Source: Octopus vulgaris
Lineage: Eukaryota
Direction: 5' to 3'
NCBI GenBank assembly: GCA_951406725.2
Contig: OX597839.1
Coordinates: forward strand, 3,844,001 to 3,908,000
Length of the DNA stretch: 64,000 nt
The position numbers and the translations under genes are program-made. Shown piece after piece: positions 12,400 to 24,745 of this stretch. Numbering within the stretch: the first letter of the stretch is position 1; each line of letters opens with the position of its first letter. The notes beneath the pieces are model-generated. The model made no database searches and was not told the origin of the DNA. It worked only from the letters and a program-made list of their open reading frames with translations.

Positions 12400-12400
<1 letters not shown>
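12215..12400 (+). mobile_element. Penelope-like pLTR fragment with a mutated hammerhead (12264-12298)
   Basis: Paralogue of 45739-45950. GTTT-CTGATAA-A-GAGCTCTGCTC-GAAAC-GTT-AAAT; flanked by (TA)n/(TG)n. Confidence 0.6.
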
Positions 12401-12436
<36 letters not shown>

Positions 12437-12440
<4 letters not shown>

Positions 12441-12727
12441 TTTATTCCTTCTCGAGCCATACCTAGCTCACTAGGGCCGGTTTCCTTGGCGTATAGGTTC
12501 CCCACCTGGACGGGACGCCAGTCCGTCGCAGGTGAGCTGCAAGAAGCAGGAGGAAAGAGTGAGTTGTGGTGAAAGAGTCAGCAGAAGCTTGCCATTACCT
12601 TCTGCCGGAGCCGCGTGGAGCTTAGGTGTTTCGCTCATAAACACACAAATCGCCCGGTCTGAGATTTGAACCCGCGATCCCTCAACCGTGAGCCCACTGC
12701 TGTAACCACTTGGCCATGTGCCTCCAC
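12437..12727 (-). mobile_element. SINE family C variant with tail ...tgcgacggactggcgtcccgtccagg...
   Basis: tRNA head tggaggcacatggcc.agtggtta; B box ggttcaaatctc. Confidence 0.8.
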
Positions 12728-12766
12728 ACACACACACACATATATATTAACGTGTATATATATATA

Positions 12767-13061
12767 CTAGCAGTATCGCCCGGCGTTGCTCGGGTTTGTA
12801 AGGGAAATAACTATATAAGCATTTTTAGAGAGTTACTTCCCTTATATAATAGCAAAAATGCATTAAAAATGGGAAAAAATGATGGTAAATTTTTTTTTAA
12901 ATCGTAGACTCATCGTAGACGCGCGCTAATACCCAGAAGGGCTCGATATGAATCACGACTAAGATACCCGCTTTTGGTTTAACTGCACCGCAAAATGTGG
13001 GAGTAGTCAGGAATCTAAATCGTAGGAGACAGACACACAACTTCACTTTTATATATAAAGA
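12767..13061 (-). mobile_element. Non-autonomous Helitron
   Basis: Minus strand starts TC(tttatatataaaag) and ends with hairpin cccgagcaacgccggg + CTAG; inserted in an A|T site with no TSD. Confidence 0.85.
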
Positions 13062-13229
13062 TATATATATATATCCACACACACACACACACATATATTA
13101 ACGTGTATATATATATATATATATGTATATATTAACGTTAGTATCTGCGTAAATGTAACTTTCTATCACACACTGATTTTTACTATATATTTCACAATGT
13201 TTCAATTATTGCAAAATATGTAAAAAAAA

Positions 13230-13620
13230 AAATTAAAAAAAAGATGTGTGTTACAGTCACACGTCCTTGTTACGGATGGAACTGACGGCCAGCGTGCAGA
13301 GATTCGTGATATAGGGGAGCCATTTCTGCAATAAACATTTCCGTAGGGAAGGTCTTGAGTGGACCAGATGTGTGTAAAGCCCTTCCTTACACATGGCTTT
13401 GCGGATAGCAGCTGTTGTATTGTCACTGATGTGTAGTAACTTTAGGAAACAAGTGTTTGGAGAGTTCTTCCGTTTTGACGGGTTTGTGCGCCGTATTGGC
13501 AACTGATAACGCAAGCTGGGTATCCGTTGACTTTTGTAACCTTTTAAGCTCATGTTGTTTGTGTGGCCATGTCTGGTTTCGTTGAATCTGTGAGAATTCA
13601 GCTTTTATGTATTCAACAGT
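13230..13620 (-). mobile_element. Degenerate Penelope-like ORF fragment (RT-endonuclease linker)
   Basis: GYKSQRI...CFLKLLHISDNTTAAIRKAM...HSRPSLRKCL resembles the GY / LPY(I)S..IRR / TLR..L linker of PLE ORFs. Motif-level recognition only. Confidence 0.45.
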
Positions 13621-13659
13621 TTAAAACTGGCAGATATTTTCCGGCGACTTTCTTCTTTT

Positions 13660-14300
13660 CTTATTTTATTCGTTTCAGTCATTTGGCTGCGGCCCTGCTG
13701 GAGCACTGCCCTGAACGGGTTTTTAATCGAACAAATCTACTCAGGACTTCATTTTTGAAGCTGAGTTCTTTTGCTGAACCGTTATGTGACGGGGATGTGA
13801 ACACATCAACGCCGGTTGTCAAGCAGTGGCGAGAGGACAAACACACACATGTATACGATGGTCTTCTTTGAGTTTCCATCTGCTAAATCCACTCACAAAC
13901 TGAGTGAATTTGGCAGTGCCAGTTTCTTATTTCTTTACTACCCACAAGGGACTAAACACAGAGAGAACAAACAAGGACAGACAAACGGATTGAGTCGATT
14001 ATATCGACCCCAGTGCAGAACTGGTACTTATTTAATCGACCTCGAAAGGATGGAAGGATGGCTGTATTTGAACTTAGAATGTAGCGGCAGACGAAATACT
14101 GCTAAGCATTTCGTCCGGCGTGCTAACGTTTCTGCCAGCTCGCCTCCTTTTAGTTTCTGTCTACCAAATCCACTCACAAGGGTTTGGTTGGTCCTCGGCT
14201 ATAGCAGAAAACACCTGCTGAAGGTGCCATGCAGTGGGACTGAACCAGTAACCTTGTGGTAAAGAAGCGAACTTCTTACCACACAGCCCCGCTTGAGCCT
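13660..14300 (-). mobile_element. SINE B interrupted by SINE A (13925-14148)
   Basis: Family consensus matches; a short B segment is duplicated either side. Confidence 0.7.
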
Positions 14301-14384
14301 ATTTCAGATTCCTCAACCAAACTAAGAAACCAACATCTGGCTTACCCATGGCATTTTGTCAGACACACTTGAAACGTCGGCCCT

Positions 14385-14995
14385 CAACCCTCAACACTTC
14401 ACAACCGACACTGTACACTCTGTACTCTACGCTGTTCACTCAACACTCTACGCTCAAGGCTCTATGCTCAATACTCTATGTTCCACGCTCTACGCTCTAC
14501 GCTCTATGCTCAGCATTCTGCGTTCAACGCTATGCTCAACACTCAACGCTCCACGCTCTACACTCTATGTTCAGCGTTCAATGCTCAACACTCAACGCCC
14601 TTCGCTCAGCAATCTACGCTCGACGCTCAACCCAGCTCGCTCAACGCCCCTCGTTCACCACCCCTCGCTCAATGCCCATTGCTCAACGCTTTACGCTCTA
14701 CGGGCAACGCTCTACGCTCAACGCTCTACACCAGTGGTTTTCAACCAGGGTTCCGCCAGTACAGTCCAGAGGTTCCGCAAGAAGTTACAAAACTGCTAAA
14801 ATCGGCAGTAATTTTTAATTTTCCTCTGCAGATATGTGTGCAAAAGACTATTAAATTATTGCACAGGGGTTCCCCGAGCCAGTGGAATGTTTCCTTGGGG
14901 TTCCGCTCCAGCAAAAAGTTTGAAAAGCACTGCTCTACACTCTACACTCGACGCCCTCTACGCTCAACGCTCTAGTCTTTACGCTCAGCACGCTC
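14385..14995. repeat. Degenerate heptamer repeat (CGCTCTA/CGCTCAA)n
   Basis: Directly visible; explains the 14348-14975 ORFs. Confidence 0.85.
14732..14932. mobile_element. hAT-type MITE
   Basis: TIR cagtggttttcaa/ttgaaaagcactg; 8-bp TSD ctctacac. Confidence 0.85.
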
Positions 14996-15673
14996 CTGCT
15001 GTACCTTCTTCACCAGATATGTGGATGAGATACTCAACCTCACATTTTACAGTACTTAGTGGAAGTTTGTTCAGATTATGCTTCCCACCAAAGTACATTG
15101 TTTTCTATGGTATCCACTTAGATGGGCTGGGCTGTTTTTGAATAAAGTGCTTTTACAATTGAACAAGCATAGTGACGATGACAGGAAACCCGACGAGCGA
15201 TCTCTCATTTTACCGACCATCCTACCCTCTCGGTTGCCTGTGCTCAAATGTCGTATACACCCAGTATATTGTACAAAATTGAAGAGAATTTATGCTCCGA
15301 CTAGAGTAAGGTAGCCATATTGTTTAAATATGTAACCGCGACGGGAAAAGATTTCAGTCTATGCACGCATACAAATACACACACACACACACACAAAGAA
15401 ACGCATACCCATATGCACACACTCATACACACGTACAATAAAAACACACACACACACATGCATATTCAAACACAATCAAACACACACACACAAAAACACG
15501 TACTCAAACACATACACACAAAGACATACACTCACACACGCACTCAAACATACACACATGAACACACACAAATACACACACACACACAAAATGAAGCACA
15601 CTCAAACACATACACATGCTCACACACACACTGCGGCCATACTGGGGCACCTTGAAGTAAAAGAGTAAAGAGA

Positions 15674-15708
<35 letters not shown>

Positions 15709-15738
15709 AATTAATATGTGACAATTATTCAATAGCCA

Positions 15739-15801
15739 AGATAAAACACTGAGTTTCGGATGCCGAAGTGGAAATCCACAACACCATCTCTTCGGTTATC
15801 T
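15739..15801 (-). ncRNA. Degenerate type I hammerhead ribozyme in a (TA)n-flanked insert (15706-15838)
   Basis: Minus strand: AGATAA-CCGAAGA-GATG..CATC-C-GAAAC-tcagt-GTT-TTATCT; 6-bp stem I, core U4 changed to C. Confidence 0.5.
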
Positions 15802-16078
15802 GCATGGCAATTTCTCAATTTTTTTCATTTTCTCATTCATATATATATATACATATATGTGTGTGTAGTATTTTATACGTAAATATAAGGGGGAACCACT
15901 ATGTGGAAACCCTTACGCTAGAAAAATATCCGCTATGGTCTCAACCACTAAGAATTGTTCTCCAGAAAATTTAGCACACCAGAAACGTAAGCGAGTAAGA
16001 CAAATGAAAAATAACGTATGTATGTATGTATGAATGTATCTATGTATGTGTGTGTATGTATGTATGTATTAATGTATC

Positions 16079-16119
<41 letters not shown>

Positions 16120-16588
16120 GTTTATGTATATACGACGGGCTTTTTTCAGTTTCCACCTACCAAGACCACTCACAAGGCTTTAGTCAACCCGGAGCTATAG
16201 TAGAAGACACTTGCCCAAGATGCCACGCAGTGAGACTGAACCCGGAGCCATGTGGTTGGGAAGCAAACTTCATATCACACACAGCCACGCTTGCGCCCAC
16301 AGTTTTTTGTTCTTAACGAACAAAGGAAAATAGAAAGCAGAAAAGACCAAGCTTATCGAAGAAGCATTTAGCTTCACATCAAAAGTTAAAGAATGAAGTT
16401 GAGGGTAAAATGGCTGCTGATAGAACATTCTAACTTGAGAAGTCCGGAAACTTAAGCGTAGAGATAAGCAGGGCTTGGCAATTAGTTGATAATATTTGGC
16501 GAGAAGTCTTAAGTAGTTTCATTTATATCACCGATTAACATACAAGGGGCAGTTGCCACCACTACCACCACCACCACCACCACCGCCG

Positions 16589-16642
<54 letters not shown>

Positions 16643-16923
16643 TTTTATTTGTTTCAGTCATTTGACTGCAGCCATGCTGGAGCACCGCCTTTATAGCCAA
16701 GCAGATCGACCCCAGGACTTATTCTCTGTAAGCCTAGTACTTATTCTATCGGTCTCTTTCGCCAAACTGCTATGTTATGGGGATGTAAACACACCAGCAT
16801 CGGTTGTCAAGTGATGTTGTGGGGGGGGGGACAAACACAAACATATACACACACATATATGAACTCTCTTCATATTAAATATTTTAACTGGACAAAATGC
16901 TTTGCAGCTTTTCATGTGTGCAT

Positions 16924-17021
16924 ATAACGCAGGCGTCCCAAGGTGAGCTCAGTGTGAACGGAAATCACACGCTGAGAAAAAGGGCAAAAGCTCGCTCGAT
17001 CTTGATTTTCAGTACTAATAC
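16924..17021 (+). pseudogene. 28S rRNA fragment
   Basis: ataacgcaggcgtcccaaggtgagctcag...aagggcaaaagctcgctcgatcttgattttcagtactaatac matches the conserved LSU segment ATAACGCAGGTGTCCTAAGGCGAGCTCAG...AAGGGCAAAAGCTCGCTTGATCTTGATTTTCAGTACGAATAC. Confidence 0.85.
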
Positions 17022-17316
17022 GACGACAACGAGGAGCGGGCGAGTACGAACGAACGAACAAACAAGCGAGTGAGTGCGTTGTCAGCCAGAACGTGAGACA
17101 AAGGGCAACAAGTTTTCAGTGCATATGTTAAATAATAATATGTTCTGAGTTCAGAAGCCATTGGTGTCGACTTTGCCTTTCATCCTTTTTGGGATCAATA
17201 AAATAAGTACCCGAAATTGCTGACATTGTGCCAAAATTTGAAGCCAATATCAGTGCGGTTGTTATGAACACAACAGGTCAGAGATTAAACGTTACCAGAA
17301 ATCGTAGCCTCTAGAG

Positions 17317-17517
17317 CAGTGGTTTTCAACAAGGGTTCCGCCTGTACAGTCCAGGGGTTCCGCAAGAAGTTACAAAACTGCTAAAATCGGCAGTAATTTT
17401 TAATTCTCCTGTGCAGATATGTGTGCATAAGACTATTAAATTATTGCACAGGGGTTCCCCGAGCCAGTGGAATGTTTCCTTGGGGTTCCGCTCCAGCAAA
17501 AAGTTTGAAAAGCACTG
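17317..17517. mobile_element. hAT-type MITE (same family as 14732)
   Basis: Same TIRs; TSD ctctagag. Confidence 0.85.
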
Positions 17518-17525
17518 CTCTAGAG

Positions 17526-18445
17526 CAATGCTCCGTAACCGGTATGCCGCGGCACGATGCTAGGTGTAACCCGAGTGTAATTTTTTTCACCCTATACTTT
17601 TAGTAATGTTTTTAGTTCAGGTGTGCCGCCGAATTTTGAAAAGAATATAAGTGTACCCACAAGGGGCTAAACACAGGGAGGACAAACAAGGACAGACACA
17701 CGGATTAAGTCGATTATTTCGGCCCCAGTGCGTAACTGGTACTTATTTAATCGACCCCGAAAGGATGAAAGGTAAAGTCGACCTCGGTGGAATTTGAACG
17801 CAGAACATAGCGGCAGACGAAATACCTATTTCTTTACTACCCACAAGGGGCTAAACACAAAGAGGACAAACAAGGACAGACACACGGATTAAGTCGATTA
17901 TTTCGGCCCCAGTGCGTAACTGGTACTTATTTAATCGACCCCGAAAGGAAGAAAGGCAAAGTCGAGCTCGGTGGAATTTGAAGGCAGAACATAGCGGCAG
18001 ACGAAATACCTATTTCTTTACTACCCACAAGGGGCTAAACACAGAGAGGACAAACAAGGACAGATAAACGGATTAAGTTGATTATATCGACCCCAGTGCG
18101 TAACTGGTACTTATTTAATCGACCTCGAAAGGATAAAAGGCAAAGTCGACCTCGGTGGAATTTGAACGCAGAACATAGTGGCAAACAAAATACCTATTTC
18201 TTTACTACCCACAAGGGGCTAAACACAGAGAGGACAAACAAGGACAGACAAACGGATTAAGTCGATTACATCGACCCCAGTGCGTAACTGGTACTTAATT
18301 TATCGACCCCGAAAGGATGAAAGGCAAAGTCGACCTCGGCGTAATTTGAACTCAGAACGTAACGGCAGACGAAACCGCTAAGCATTTCGTCCGCTGGCAT
18401 AAGAATATAAGTGTATCGCAAGTGAAAAAGGGTTGTGGGGCACTG
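17526..18445. mobile_element. Second hAT-type MITE family, interrupted by the SINE A array
   Basis: caatgctccgtaacc...ggttgtggggcactg, flanked by ctctagag/ctcttgag; related copy at 60098-60284. Confidence 0.7.
17656..18400 (-). mobile_element. SINE A tetramer (184-bp unit)
   Basis: Junctions at about 17819, 18003 and 18187; 15-bp TSD aagaatataagtgta at 17641 and 18401. Confidence 0.9.
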
Positions 18446-19522
18446 CTCTTGAGGAGTTGAACTCAGTGATTAAATATGAACAAAGTTTATGGTTTTACAG
18501 TTCTGCTCTCTGTAGCGAAGGACTGTACAGACTTGAACTGAGCTCTTGATAGCTAAGTGCCTTCGGCTAAAAGCAAAGAGTAAATACAATAACAGGATAT
18601 AGACGGCCGATCCTGCAGTTGGTAGTCCACTCCTACCCTTGTGTCAGCTGCAGCTTTGATAAACAATCAACTACACAGACTATACTTGAACCAAATGCCT
18701 GTTTCGTTAATCGTCTTCGTTGGCCGCCATTTTGAATATTATCCTTAAATTCCATTGTATAATTGCCGCGCCGTTAATGTTCATTTAGCTCAATGCATGG
18801 GTGAGTGGGAGCCTCATTTTAATAACTGATTGAATTGCGTAACTTATTAAACCGCTACATACTGCAGAATCTTGTCATATAAGCAGGTCTAGAAAGGGCG
18901 AAGTTGCTAGTAGTTTCAACGTATATCTGCATTAAGGTCAAATGATAGATACATTGCAGATAAGTCCGTCGGAGCTTTTAAACAAAATTAACAATGAACA
19001 ACTGAGTGAGATTGAAATATTAAAAACAAAATACACTTCAGCAATCATATCATTGTTGTATATTCTTCAAATAAAATTTCTGGATAGATTCAAGGAACCT
19101 AATTCAAAAAAACATTTAAGTACCTACTTTATGAAGTCTGAGTGGATATGAGAAAAAGCTTTGTTCAAAGACACATACACACACACACACACACACACTC
19201 AGAGGAACATGTACATATATATATGTTTAAATATACGTCTATATATGTATGTGCATTTATACGTCTATGTATGTGTGTATATAGATAGGTATATATATAT
19301 ATGTATATTTATTTATATATATTTAAACATACATATATTTTATATATATATATAATAAATAAATATATATATTGAATGAAACAGTACTAGTCCTGTAGAA
19401 GCTCCTTCTATATAATAAATTAATTTTACTCTGCTATGTATTGAGTACCTTACTTACTGTGGTTAACCCCGAATCAACCCGGGACCTACATATATATACA
19501 TACATATATATATATAATAAAT

Positions 19523-19768
19523 GAGCCCTTTTAAAGCCTAGCCAGGCTCATGGGCCCGGTTTCCTAGTTTCTATGGCGTATGTGTTCCCCAGCTGGACGG
19601 GATGCCAGTCCATCGCATCGCTACTCATTTTTGCCAACTGAGTGGTCTGGAGCAACGTGAAATGAAGTGTTTTGCTCAAGAACACAACTCATCGCCCGGT
19701 CCAGGAATCGAAACTACAATCTTACGATCATGGTGCTGACACCCTAACCACTAAGCCATGCGTCTCCA
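19523..19768 (-). mobile_element. SINE D head with the ...gatggactggcatcccgtccagc... tail
   Basis: ggaatcgaaac...ccctaaccactaagccatgcgtctcca; tail related to that of the 12437 copy. Confidence 0.75.
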
Positions 19769-20250
19769 CACACACACATACGCGTTATACGACTGTCATT
19801 CAGAATCTAGGATGATTTTTTAAAAATAACAAGTAGATTACGCTTTCGTTAATCGTTTTAGATGACAATATGGTGTCTATACGGACTCGAGTAGGCACAG
19901 GCACCCTCTCTCAGCCCTCTTGCTCTTGACCCAACAAAACGTTGTGGAGAATGTCAGGAGAGAGAGAGACAAAGACAGATAGAAAGAGAGAGAGGGAGTT
20001 TGTACGAGAGAGTGAGAGGGGGGAAATGGGTGGAAAGGATAAAGAGAGGGAGGGAGGGAGAGGAGAAAAGCGGAGGAACATAGAGAAAGGGGTGCGCCAT
20101 CAATCAGCTGACACTACAACGTGAAATGAAGTGCCTCGCTCAAGGACAAAAAACACATACACGCACACAAACATATGTGTAGTGTACACACATACACACA
20201 CACGCACGCACGCACGCACGCACACGTTTATATACATCGCATATATACAA

Positions 20251-20481
20251 GGCGACGAGCTGGCAGAATCGTTAGCACTCCGGGTGAAATGCTTAGCGGT
20301 ATTTCGTCTGCCATTACGTTCTGAGTTCAAATTCCGCCAAGGTCCACTTTGCCTTTCATCCTTTCGGGGGTCGATAAATTAAGTACCAGTTACGCACTGG
20401 GGTCGATGTAATTGACTTATTCCCGTTGTCTGTCATTGTTTGTCCCCTCTATGTTTAGCCCCTTGTGGGCAATGAAGAAAT
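20251..20481 (+). mobile_element. SINE A monomer
   Basis: Full head, body and tail 1; TSD tatatacatcgcat. Confidence 0.9.
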
Positions 20482-20509
20482 ATATATACATCGCATGATC
20501 GGATGTTGT

Positions 20510-20769
20510 TATATATCACTGACCACAATGTGCTTTGCATCGCTGTAGCTTTCGAATGATGTCACCCCGTTAGCTAGGCAAGCAGGGCAACATATCTCCT
20601 AATGGGGAGGTAAGTCCGTCGCAGGGTTACCTATTTACAGTTGGGTGGACTGGTGCAACGTGAAATGAAGTGTTTTCTGCTCAAGATCCACAGCACGCTA
20701 CCGGTTCGAGAATGGAACCTGCAATTTAGAGATCGTGAAGGCAACACCCTAACTGCAAGGCCACGCACC

Positions 20770-20773
<4 letters not shown>
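20510..20773 (-). mobile_element. SINE D-like copy
   Basis: gcaacgtgaaatgaagtg CORE-like segment; tail related to 57530-57646. Confidence 0.6.
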
Positions 20774-20837
<64 letters not shown>

Positions 20838-20857
20838 ACACGCGTGTATGTATGTAT

Positions 20858-21571
20858 GTCATTATTTCGGTTTTATTTCAAGATTTCTTGTCAATAGAGA
20901 AAGAGCCGGTTTTTAAACTAGATCCAAGGATCCTTCAGTGGAATTTCAACATCTGCATGGTATTTTGGCATGTATGCGTGTATTTGTGCAGTATTTGGAG
21001 TCAGTGCATGTGCAAATTTGTCTGTTTTGTTTTATGCATGTATTCTCGTGCATATAGTTGCATGTCAAGACATACTCATATAAACTTAAATGGTAAACTT
21101 CTGGAAAGTTTAACAAATTTTACAGTTCCGATGATGGCTTGGATCCGTAGTCTTTAGTTAGTTAGTTAGTTAATTTAGTTAATTTTTTGGCTCAAAAAGC
21201 AAAAAAAGCAAGGCCATGTAGGGGGACATGGAGTTATGTACAGGGTGGTGTTCATGTAAAGAGTTCAGGCCACTTGTGGTCAAGGGAGACTTTGAACCGA
21301 GCGGTCGTTGGCATCTTCACTATCTCGTCCGGCAGCTTATTCCACGGATCCGCAACCCGGACGGAGAAAGCCCCTCTCCTTCGATTGAGATGAAATCGTT
21401 GCAGACAGAGCTTTTCGGATTGACCCCGCAGCCTATGCTCTGGAGCAGGAGTGAAGAACAGCTCCTTTGAGAGGTTACACTTTCCGCTTATGATGTTGTG
21501 AGCAAGAATGAGATCACCACGGCGTCGTCGTTTTTCTAGAGAATAATGGTCGAACGTCTTCAGCCTTTCTT
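20858..21571 (-). mobile_element. Two adjacent CR1-type LINE 3' ends
   Basis: SLEKRRRRGDLILAHNII...RLRGQSEKL...AFSVRVADPWNKLP (21252-21570) with a (TAAC)n tail at 21155-21182; the 20858-21153 3' UTR recurs at 53372-53545. Confidence 0.8.
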
Positions 21572-22278
21572 CCAGCTTCCTCGTTTCCGGTTTTGAGAAG
21601 CCTGATTTCTCAAGATTGGTACTCAGACAATGTGCTACATTATCCCAGTGCTCCAATAATTACAGGTATAGACCTGAACTTGTGATCCGGGTAGAATAAC
21701 TGTAGATTTTAGTTTAGCGTAGGTGTTTCTTTTTTCACTGGGCAACTGATTTCTGCTGCTGTACACCGTTTCCATTCTCTGTCTTAAATCACAATATATC
21801 CATCTGTCTATCATCGGAACAATAAGGAAAATGTAACAAAACTATTTATATAAAAGAGAAGCATTTTAAATAATAACATATAGGAAATTTTAAGGTTCAG
21901 CTTTCAATATCCTTTTCTACTCTATTCATATATATGTATGTGTGTATGCATGCATTCTTATTTATATGTGTGTGCCCAGTGGTTAGGGCAGCGAACTCCC
22001 GGTTGTGGGATCGCGGTTTCGATTCCCAGACCGGGCATTGTGAGGGTTTATTGATAGATAGATAGATAGACAGACAGAAAGTAGGCAGCAAGCTAACAGT
22101 GTCGTGGGCTCGCAAAATGAACCTAGCTCGTCAGGCTTAGATAACCTGATTCGAGTACATATACCCGACAGAGCTAGGTTCGTTTTGTGGGTACACGAAA
22201 CTTCACGTTGCATCGTCAGAAGCAAGCTGTTATTAGATACACACATACACACGCACGCACGCGCACTACACACACACA

Positions 22279-22364
<86 letters not shown>

Positions 22365-22464
22365 ATCACAGCATACGCGCATGTACACCCAATGAAACTA
22401 TCTCATTTTCCCCACGTTATCGATCTTTGCGAATGTGTACCTGTATAGGTGAGCATACTGCTTT

Positions 22465-23364
22465 GTATGTATGTATGTATGTATGTATGTATGTATGTAT
22501 GTATGTATGCATGTACGTACGTACGTACGTATGTATGCCTGTATACATGTTTGTATGTATGTTTGTATGTATGTATGTATGTATATATGTATGTATGTAT
22601 ATGTATGTACAAAGTATGTATATGTGCATGTATGTATGGATGCATGCATGCGTGTATGTATATATGTATGTACATACGTACGTACGTATGTATGCCTGCA
22701 TACATGTATGTATGTATATGTATGTGTGTATGTATGTATGTATGTGTAGTGAAGGCGCATGGCTTGGTGGTTAGGGCATTCGGCTCATGGTCGTAAGGTC
22801 GTGAGTTCAATTCCCGGCGATGCGTTGAGTCCTTGAGCAAGACACTTTATTTCACGTTGCTCCAGTCCACTCAGCTGGCAGAAAATGAGTTGTACCTGTA
22901 GTTCAAAGGAGCCGGCCTTGTCACACTCTGTGTCACGCTGAATCTGCCTGAGAAATACTTTAAGGGTACATGTGTCTGTGGAGTGCTCAGCCACTTGCAT
23001 GTAAATTTCACGAGCAGAATGTTCCATTGTTCGTATCAGCTGGGATCCTCGTCGTCGTAACCGACGGAGTGCTCCTTAATAATGTATGCATGCATGCATG
23101 CATGTATGTATGTATGTATGTATGTATGTATGTATGTATGTATGTATGTACATACGTACGTACGTATGTATGCCTGTATACATGGATGCATGTATGTATG
23201 TATGGAGTATGTATATGTGCATGTATATATGGATGCATGCGTGTATGTATGTATGTATGTATGTACGTACGTACGTATATATGCTGTATACATGTATCTA
23301 TGTATGTACGAAGTATGTATGTGTGTATGTATGTATGTATGTATGTACGTACGTTGTATGCCTG

Positions 23365-23398
<34 letters not shown>

Positions 23399-23640
23399 TG
23401 TATGTATGTATGTATGTACGAAGTAAGTATATGTGCATGTATGTATGTATGTATGTATGTACATACGTACGTACGTATGTATGCCTGTATACATGTATGT
23501 ATGTATGTATGTATATGTATGTACGAAGTATGTATATGTGCATGTATGTATGGATGCATGTATGTATGTACGTATGTATGTATGTATGTATGTATGCATG
23601 TATGTATGCGTGTGTACGTGTGTGATTATATATACGTACA
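22465..23640. repeat. Complex (TATG)n arrays flanking a SINE D (22750-23073, +)
   Basis: Directly visible; SINE D head gaaggcgcatggctt.gtggttagggc, B box gagttcaattccc. Confidence 0.9.
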
Positions 23641-23939
23641 TGTTTCTGTGCTTGCGTATACGTATATATGAGTTACTTGCAGTGGCCCCTCTCACTGTCA
23701 CATGAAACAGTCTTCCACAACCACCACACGCGGGGACCCCATCACATAATATCCAGGATCAGCGCAGTTGTGTCAGGTGATCCTCTGTAAATGTTGATGG
23801 CGTCTCTCTGGACGCCTTACGCCGGCCAATGGCCACGAAATAAAGGGAGCGAGACGCTCTTTCCAGTCTTCGTGTTTGTATGGGGTTCTTGTTTGTTCGT
23901 GGGGTCTTGTAGGGGGGATGGACGAATGGCCTGTGATTG

Positions 23940-23950
23940 AGTATGTGTGT

Positions 23951-23995
<45 letters not shown>

Positions 23996-24163
23996 CTGTA
24001 TAACTGTTTACACACGAATTGTGTATATTTGTGTGGATTCAAGGGTGTATATACGTGTGTATGTATAAATGTACGTATGTATGCATGTATGCAAACATAC
24101 ACACACATATATGTACATACACACGTATATATATATGTACATATACATATGTATATATATATA

Positions 24164-24214
<51 letters not shown>

Positions 24215-24215
24215 A

Positions 24216-24254
<39 letters not shown>

Positions 24255-24255
24255 C

Positions 24256-24288
<33 letters not shown>

Positions 24289-24660
24289 TATGTATATGCG
24301 CATACACACTTGTATAACCACAACTATACCTATAAATATACGTGTGTGTGTGTGTGTATACACACACACATATACACTCGCGCACATAAAATATACACAA
24401 GTATGTGTATATATATATATATATGTACCGATATATATGCGTGTATATGTAAGAATGTGAGTGAAATTTTCTGTTGCTTTTTTATATGTGTACATGATTT
24501 TGGGGTACGATGGTGTGGATGTACCCGTTTGTGCATTTCGTGCAAGTGTGTGTATGTGTGCATGCGTGCGTTGATGAGATGACTGCGTGACATGTGTGCA
24601 AGTGTGTATAGGATGTGTGCGTATATGTGTATGTGTGTGTGGTATGCGGTGTAAGCGATG

Positions 24661-24722
<62 letters not shown>

Positions 24723-24745
24723 GGATGTGGTGTTTGTGTTTATGT
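23940..24745. repeat. (TG)n/(TA)n compound microsatellites
   Basis: Directly visible. Confidence 0.95.

Noticed and set aside
17656-18400. CRISPR-like or tRNA-gene array reading of the tandem repeats
   Set aside because: Eukaryotic context, no unique spacers, and the heads lack a complete cloverleaf; these are SINE units.
18555-18600. Weak resemblance to the U2 snRNA 5' end (ccttcggctaaaagcaaagagta)
   Set aside because: Too short and mismatched; no branch-pairing GTAGTA or Sm site.
19375-19400. GAAACAGTACTAGTC, a possible hammerhead 3' half
   Set aside because: No CTGANGA upstream.
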